From Dehalococcoidia bacterium (GTDB taxonomy: Bacteria; Chloroflexota; Dehalococcoidia; UBA2979): a DNA stretch of 64,000 nucleotides. Below the pieces are notes generated by a model. That model had not been told where the DNA came from. It made no database searches and saw only the letters and a list, made by a program, of their open reading frames with translations. The DNA lies in the NCBI GenBank assembly GCA_965262725.1, contig OZ253555.1:832001-896000 (forward strand). Reading direction: 5' to 3'. Positions 58,720-64,000 of the stretch are shown here, in pieces. The position numbers and the translations under genes were made by a program. The number at the start of each line of letters is the position of its first letter. Position 1 is the first letter of the stretch.

Positions 58720-60340
58720 GGCGCCACAGTCCCGTCGCTCCGAGCGGGAGTGCGGAGAGCGCGATCAGCAGCAGGGCCGGGAGAGCGGCGCGTGCGAAGA
58801 AGGCCTCGCTCGAGGCGCTCCACACGCGCGTGGCGAGGGTCTCGAAGCCCGTGGGGGCCAGGAGGAGCGTTGCGGGCAGCTCCTTCACGGTGGTGAGGAA
58901 GACGAGCGCGGCACCCGCGGCGACGCCGCGCCCGGCGAGCGGGAGCGTGACCTCCGTGAACGCGCGCCAGGGTCGGCGGCCCAGGCTGCGTGCCGCCTCC
59001 TCCATCGAGGGGCGGACGGTGATGAGGGCAATGCGGGTCGCGCCGACCGCCTGTGGCAGGAAGAGCAGCGTGTAGGCAGCGATCAGGACGAGCAGCGACT
59101 GGTAGAGCGCTCCGAGGCGCACGGCGACCACCGCGAGAGAGAGGGCGACGGTCAGGCCGGGGAGGGCGTAGCCGGCGTAGGAGACGACCTCGATGGGCCG
59201 GGCGAGCAGGAAGCCGCGGTGACGCGTCGCGAGCAGCGCCACCGGGAAGGCGGCGGCCGCGGCGACCACCGCCGCGAGGGCTCCGGCGAGAAGCGTGTCG
59301 GCTACCGCGCCGCCGAGGCCGGCTACCGCCTCACCGCCGGCGAGTCCCCGCACCAGCCAGTAACCGAGCACGGTTGCCGGCAGCGCGAGCGCCGCCGTGA
59401 GCAGAAGTGCGACGCCTCCGAGCGCCGGCCATCGCCAGCGCCCCAGCGCAGCCATCGCCGGAGGACCAGCGATTCCACGCGTCGAGTGGTGTCGGCGCGC
59501 TCCCCGCGTCGCCACTTCCAGCGCGACGACCGCGAGCGCTATCAGCATCAGCAGCAGCGCCAGCGTCGACGCGCCGGCGATGTCGAAACCCGACGTGTAG
59601 CGCACGAAGACCGCGCGCGTGAGCGAGTCGAAGCGCATCAGGGAGACGGCGCCGAAGTCCGCGAGCGCGTAGAGCGCCACCAGCAGCCCCCCGGAGAGCA
59701 AACCCGGGCGCAGCTGCGGGAGCACGACGCGGCGCAGCGTCGTCCAGCGGCCGTAGCCGAAGCCCCGCGAGAGTTCCTCGAGGCGCGGGTCCAGGGCGGC
59801 GATCGCCGGCCTGAGCGTCAGTAGCATCAGCGGATAGCTGACGAGCGCCACGACGACGGCGGCTCCCCAAAAGCCGTAGATGGAGGGCAGCCGTTCGACG
59901 CTCCACGGCTCCAGCGCCTGCTGGAGCAGGCCGCGGGGACCCAACGCGGAGACGGCGACCAGCGCCGCGACGTAGGAGGGGATCGCGAGCGGAAGCGCCG
60001 CCAGCACCGTGACGAGGCGTCGCGCCGGTAGGTCGCTGCGGGTCGTGAGCCATGCCAGGGGCAGCGCGATCACCGTCGCGATCGCGGTCGTCACGGCGGC
60101 GTAGGCAAGCGTGCCGGCTGCCAGTGTGGCGACGGAGGATGCGGTGAGCGTCGACCACGCCGCCGCCGGGTCGTGAGCCACGCGCCACACGAGGTGCGTG
60201 GGCGGGAGAGCGCAGAGCGTGGCGACCGCTACCGCCGCCCCGACGATCGCGAAGGGCGGCCACTGGCGGGGCCACGCGTGGGAGCGGGCGCCCGCGAGCG
60301 CCGTTGCGACGGCGCCCGGTGCGGCGGTGCTCGCGGCCAT
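58709..60340 (-). CDS. Fe3+ ABC transporter permease (FbpB/FutB class)
   Basis: Duplicated permease domains, PLAIPSYV, DFGAV, GYALPG and KELPATLLL.P. Confidence 0.9.
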   Translation of the reverse strand: MAASTAAPGAVATALAGARSHAWPRQWPPFAIVGAAVAVATLCALPPTHLVWRVAHDPAAAWSTLTASSVATLAAGTLAYAAVTTAIATVIALPLAWLTTRSDLPARRLVTVLAALPLAIPSYVAALVAVSALGPRGLLQQALEPWSVERLPSIYGFWGAAVVVALVSYPLMLLTLRPAIAALDPRLEELSRGFGYGRWTTLRRVVLPQLRPGLLSGGLLVALYALADFGAVSLMRFDSLTRAVFVRYTSGFDIAGASTLALLLMLIALAVVALEVATRGARRHHSTRGIAGPPAMAALGRWRWPALGGVALLLTAALALPATVLGYWLVRGLAGGEAVAGLGGAVADTLLAGALAAVVAAAAAFPVALLATRHRGFLLARPIEVVSYAGYALPGLTVALSLAVVAVRLGALYQSLLVLIAAYTLLFLPQAVGATRIALITVRPSMEEAARSLGRRPWRAFTEVTLPLAGRGVAAGAALVFLTTVKELPATLLLAPTGFETLATRVWSASSEAFFARAALPALLLIALSALPLGATGLWRRDA

Positions 60341-60378
60341 CGGCGGTGACTCCCCGTTCCTGCTGGCACCACATTGAT

Positions 60379-60409
60379 GGTGAGACGAATGCATGACATT
60401 CGTATCACC
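60379..60409. promoter_or_regulatory. 31-bp inverted repeat in the 5' leader of the iron permease operon
   Basis: GGTGAGACGAATG-catga-CATTCGTATCACC (12/13 arms) in a lower-GC patch, downstream of TATGCT/TACGCT -10 boxes on the minus strand. Confidence 0.6.
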
Positions 60410-60589
60410 TAACTTCCGAACAGCGTACCAGCATAGACAGTCGTGTTCTGTTTCACGCTCGGCGTCGGCCCCCGCGCGTGCGGGGTTTGATCGAGCGCCG
60501 CCCTTGAAGGCAGCGAGCGGCGTCGTTGACACTGGGCCGGTGGCCTCGTGCCGCGCGTGGCGTGCCAGGAGACCGAGAGGCGGGTCGTG

Positions 60590-61597
60590 ATGGTGGAGCG
60601 TCCCCCGCGCCGCGCCGGCCGCCCGGTGCTCGCAGTGGTTCTCACCGGCGGACTCGGCACGCGGCTGCGGCCGCTCACGCACTCGTTACCCAAGGCGATG
60701 GTCCCGCTGCTCAACCGCCCACTGATCGCGTACGCGATCGAGATGCTCGTCTCGGCGGGCATCGACGAAGTGGTGGTCGTCGTGGCTGGCGACGACGGGC
60801 GCACGGAGGAGGCCGCTCGCCGCTTCGCTCCGCCCGGCATCGGTCTCTCGTTCGCCGTGCAGCCAGAGCCGCGCGGCTCCGGCGACGCCGTGCTCGCGGT
60901 CGGCGCCGCCCTTGAGGGGCGGTCCGCGGTCGTGCTCGCCGTCGACACGGTGATGACGGGAGACTCCCTCACGCCGCACGTGGCCGCGTTCGCAGCGGGA
61001 GACGAGGCCGCGCGGGTGATCCTGCACACGACCGATCGACCTCGCGAGATGGGTATCGTCGAGCTTGCCAACGATGGCGAGCGCATCGTTCACCTCGAGG
61101 AGAAGCCGGTCGCCCCGCGCTCGAATCTCGCGCTGGTCGCGGTCTGGATGCTGGCGCCCCCGGTCATCGAGCGCCTGCGAAGTGCTCCCTACGTCAATGC
61201 GAAGGGGGAGATTGATCTCTCGGGCACGCTCGCCGTGATGGTCGGCGAGGGCTCGTACCTCACGGGCTCCGTCTGGGAGGGCGAGTGGCTGGACGGCGGC
61301 TCCCTCGCCGGGCTGCTCCACGCCCAGGAGCGATTGCTCGCGCGCGGCGTCACGCCGTCCGTCCCCGCCAGTGCCCGCCTCGTCGAGAGCGCGATCACCG
61401 GGCGCGTCCTCGTCGGCGAGGATGCGCGCATCGAGCACGCGCAGCTCGGCCCGAACGTGGTGATCGGCGGCGGCGCAGCGCTTCGTGACGTGCGCCTCGC
61501 CCGTGCGCTCGTCGCACCGGGTGCCCGTCTCGCGGGCGGTGCCTACGAGAACGTGATCGTGACCCCGGACGGCGACATCGTTGACGTCGCGCGCTAG
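60590..61597 (+). CDS. Sugar-phosphate nucleotidyltransferase (RmlA long-form/GCD1-like)
   Basis: GGLGTRLRPLT...PK, QPEPRG, EEKP and a C-terminal beta-helix. Confidence 0.88.
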   Translation: MVERPPRRAGRPVLAVVLTGGLGTRLRPLTHSLPKAMVPLLNRPLIAYAIEMLVSAGIDEVVVVVAGDDGRTEEAARRFAPPGIGLSFAVQPEPRGSGDAVLAVGAALEGRSAVVLAVDTVMTGDSLTPHVAAFAAGDEAARVILHTTDRPREMGIVELANDGERIVHLEEKPVAPRSNLALVAVWMLAPPVIERLRSAPYVNAKGEIDLSGTLAVMVGEGSYLTGSVWEGEWLDGGSLAGLLHAQERLLARGVTPSVPASARLVESAITGRVLVGEDARIEHAQLGPNVVIGGGAALRDVRLARALVAPGARLAGGAYENVIVTPDGDIVDVAR

Positions 61598-61692
61598 GGT
61601 GAATGTACATGGCGGCAGTTCCCGCCTTATCGCTACGACTGGGCAACACGACGCGCTGGGCCGCGACCCGATGAGGGCATACGCTCTCGGCG

Positions 61693-61800
61693 ATGCTTGA
61701 GGATCCCGGACGGTACCATTGGAAGTGGCTCGCGCTTGGCGGCGGTCTGCTGGTGCTCTACGCGATCGAGCGAACCATCCGGACGGGCGGGATCTTCTAG
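61693..61800 (+). CDS. 35-aa single-pass membrane mini-protein (absent from the ORF track)
   Basis: TACGCT-N7-ATG; translates to MLEDPGRYHWKWLALGGGLLVLYAIERTIRTGGIF*. Confidence 0.55.
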   Translation: MLEDPGRYHWKWLALGGGLLVLYAIERTIRTGGIF

Positions 61801-61869
61801 CGCGGCTACGGTGCCGCCGAGGCGTTATGGGCGTCACCTGCGACATCCGGTGGATGGAGGGCGGTGGGA

Positions 61870-62406
61870 ATGGCCGATGAGGGAGGGGCGCGACGCGTTC
61901 CGGTAGAGGCCGGCCAGATTCTCTTCTTCGCGCGCGCGCTGGGAGATCCGAACCCGATCTATTCCGATCCTGACTACGCGACCGCCAGCGAGTTCGGCGC
62001 GGTGCTCGCGCCTCCGACCTTCACGGAAGTCCACCACCAGTACATGGAGGAGTACCCGCTGCGCCCGAAGCTCGGGGAACCGTGGTTCGGCTCCGGACGC
62101 AACGCCACCAGCCGCCCGCCCCGGGAGAGAGCGGCGGGCAGCGAGCGCCGCTCATCGAGCGGCGGCGGTGGGACGGGCCTTCACGCCGAGCAGCACTTCG
62201 ACTACCACGCGCCGATTCGAGCCGGGGACGTGCTGACCTGGGAGACCCGGCGCGGCGAGAGCTGGGAGCGCGAGGGGCGGCGCGGTGGGACGCTTCGCTT
62301 CCGCGAGACGATCACGGAGTTCCGCAACCAGAATGGCGAGCGCGTGGTGACCGCCCGTGCGATCACCGTCCGCACGCAGCGGCCCGTCGATCGCGGCGAG
62401 GCCTGA
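61870..62406 (+). CDS. MaoC-like dehydratase, N-terminal-type subunit
   Basis: VEAGQI..FARA.GD.NPIY, APPTF and LHAEQ.F.Y..PI..GD. Confidence 0.88.
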   Translation: MADEGGARRVPVEAGQILFFARALGDPNPIYSDPDYATASEFGAVLAPPTFTEVHHQYMEEYPLRPKLGEPWFGSGRNATSRPPRERAAGSERRSSSGGGGTGLHAEQHFDYHAPIRAGDVLTWETRRGESWEREGRRGGTLRFRETITEFRNQNGERVVTARAITVRTQRPVDRGEA

Positions 62407-62427
62407 GCCGGGGGAAGGGACGCGGGC

Positions 62428-62850
62428 GTGGCGCTAAGAGCCTCGGAGCTGACGGTCGGGGATAGCCGCGAGGAGGTCGTGGTCGACAACCTGACCCGTA
62501 CGCAGATCGTGCAGTATGCGGGTGCCGCTGGGGACTTCAATCCGCTGCACACCGATGACCTCTACGCCCGCGAGGTGGCCGGATATCCCGGCGTCTTCGC
62601 GCACGGGATGCTCGGGATGGGTCTCCTGGGGAAGGCGCTCACGTCGTGGGTCGGGGACGGGCGCCTCGCGAAGTTCGGGGTGCGGTTCCGGGCCCAGATC
62701 TGGCCGGGCGACACGCTCACCGCGCGCCTCGTGGTGTCGGGCCTGCGCACCGAGGACGGCGTTCCCTGCGCCGACCTCACGGTTGCGGTCGTGAATCAGG
62801 ACGGCGCCGAGGTGATCGCAGGCGACGCGGCGGCGTGGCTCGACCCGTAG
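62428..62850 (+). CDS. MaoC-like (R)-specific enoyl-CoA hydratase, catalytic subunit
   Basis: YAGAAGDFNPLH hydratase-2 motif and AHGM. Confidence 0.9.
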   Translation: MALRASELTVGDSREEVVVDNLTRTQIVQYAGAAGDFNPLHTDDLYAREVAGYPGVFAHGMLGMGLLGKALTSWVGDGRLAKFGVRFRAQIWPGDTLTARLVVSGLRTEDGVPCADLTVAVVNQDGAEVIAGDAAAWLDP

Positions 62851-62854
62851 CGCG

Positions 62855-63808
62855 CTACGGGTCGAGGCTCGACAGGAACCCGTCCACGGCGCGCGCGAAC
62901 TCGCCCGGGCGGTCGCCCTGGACGGTATGGCTCGCCTCGGGCACGGAGGTCCAGCGCCCGTCGTGCATCGCCTCGGCCGCGCGGCGAATGGCGTCCCGCT
63001 CGACGACCGCGCTCTCGCCGCCATGCACGAAGAACGTCGGCACGCGGATCGCGCGCACGGCGGCCCACATCTCGCGCTCCCTGACCCGCCGCGCCTCCTC
63101 CTGAGCCGTCTCGTCCTCCTCCTCGCCGTCCCGCCGCCCGGGGTCTTGCTTCCAGGTCCAGCGCCCGTCGTCGGTCTGCTTCAACGCGTGGAGCAGGCTG
63201 TAGCGGAGGTGTGCGGGCGGCCGAGTCGGGTTGAAGCGGACGGCGCGATCCAGGAAGTCCTCGAAGCGGTCCATCGTCTCCGTGTCCGCCCGGAATCGGC
63301 GCATCTGCTCGGTTCCCCGGGGGATCGTCTCCGGCGCGACATCAACGATGACGAGTGCGCGCAGCGCCGGGGGATTCTCCGACGCGTAGCGGAGCGCGAC
63401 GGCCCCGCCCATCGACATGCCGACCAGGCAGAGGGGTGAGGATCCCTGGTATTCGCTCTCGACGTGCCTGAGAAAGGCGCGCGTGTCCTCCACCATCAGC
63501 GGCGCCGTGTCCTGATCCGGGTCGGGCGTCCACGCGGAGTCGCCGTGACCGCGCTGGTCGAGTGCCACGAGGTGGTAGCGCTCGCGGAGAAGAAGCGCCG
63601 CGAGGTCCCAGGTGTGCGCCGTCTGCCCGCCGCCGTGCAGCAGCACGACCGTCGGGCGCCCGGCGTTGCCCCAGTCGAGGTAATGGAAGCGGAGTCCCCC
63701 GAGGGTGACCTCGCGGTCCTCGGGCACGACGATGGCGGGCGGCTCTAATGCCGCAGCCTCCGCCGCGGCAGCGAGCGCCTTCAGGTAGTCGTTCCCCGAC
63801 TCACTCAT
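62855..63808 (-). CDS. Alpha/beta hydrolase
   Basis: LHGGGQ, DQRGHGDS, GMSMGG nucleophile elbow and SHTV catalytic His. Confidence 0.92.
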   Translation of the reverse strand: MSESGNDYLKALAAAAEAAALEPPAIVVPEDREVTLGGLRFHYLDWGNAGRPTVVLLHGGGQTAHTWDLAALLLRERYHLVALDQRGHGDSAWTPDPDQDTAPLMVEDTRAFLRHVESEYQGSSPLCLVGMSMGGAVALRYASENPPALRALVIVDVAPETIPRGTEQMRRFRADTETMDRFEDFLDRAVRFNPTRPPAHLRYSLLHALKQTDDGRWTWKQDPGRRDGEEEDETAQEEARRVREREMWAAVRAIRVPTFFVHGGESAVVERDAIRRAAEAMHDGRWTSVPEASHTVQGDRPGEFARAVDGFLSSLDP

Positions 63809-63874
63809 CGCAGCCTCCTTGCACCGGCATCCTGTCCGCGCAGTCTATCCCGGGCTGCGCCGCGGGGACGCCGG

Positions 63875-64000
63875 CTAGCGAAGGGCGACCACCGTCGAGC
63901 GCCCGGTGATCACGCCGAAGACGCCGACTGTGGCGTAGGTGCCGCCTTCGGTCACGGTCACGGACGAGATGATCTGGTTGTCGAGGGAACGCCGCGCGAG
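63875..64000 (-). CDS. C-terminus of an unknown protein, truncated by the window edge
   Basis: Open frame ...LDNQIISSVTVTEGGTYATVGVFGVITGRSTVVALR* with strong GC3 bias. Confidence 0.5.
   Translation of the reverse strand, partial: LARRSLDNQIISSVTVTEGGTYATVGVFGVITGRSTVVALR

Overview
A very GC-rich (roughly 70%, by eye), densely coding bacterial chromosomal segment of about 65 genes. Its gene content and style resemble high-GC Chloroflexota (Dehalococcoidia-like); this is an inference and was not checked against a database. Main blocks: a NorD/CbbO-type vWA gene (5' truncated); cinA; a MoxR-DUF58-DUF4129 module; murI and pyrF; a complete H+-type F1Fo ATP synthase operon followed by murA, mreB and a convergent rex; acyl-CoA metabolism genes (OB-fold/thiolase pair, Ccr-like enzyme, four class III CoA-transferases, acyl-CoA synthetase, MaoC pair); an amtB-glnK-glnD operon; a Dam-like methylase facing a small PD-(D/E)XK nuclease; argC; one apparently intact IS5-family element with a CTAG target duplication; nhaA, CaCA and split TauE transporters; and an Fe3+-type ABC permease/ATPase pair. 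I saw no rRNA, tRNA, CRISPR array or prophage. The best leads are: six 11-bp-phased GlnR-like boxes upstream of amtB-glnK-glnD; a promoter-driven, highly structured ~160-nt RNA candidate between convergent genes at 28.7 kb; a Ccr with altered CO2-pocket residues; a membrane-anchored Cys-rich mini-protein; a 35-aa leaderless ORF missing from the ORF track; and two probable ATC start codons.
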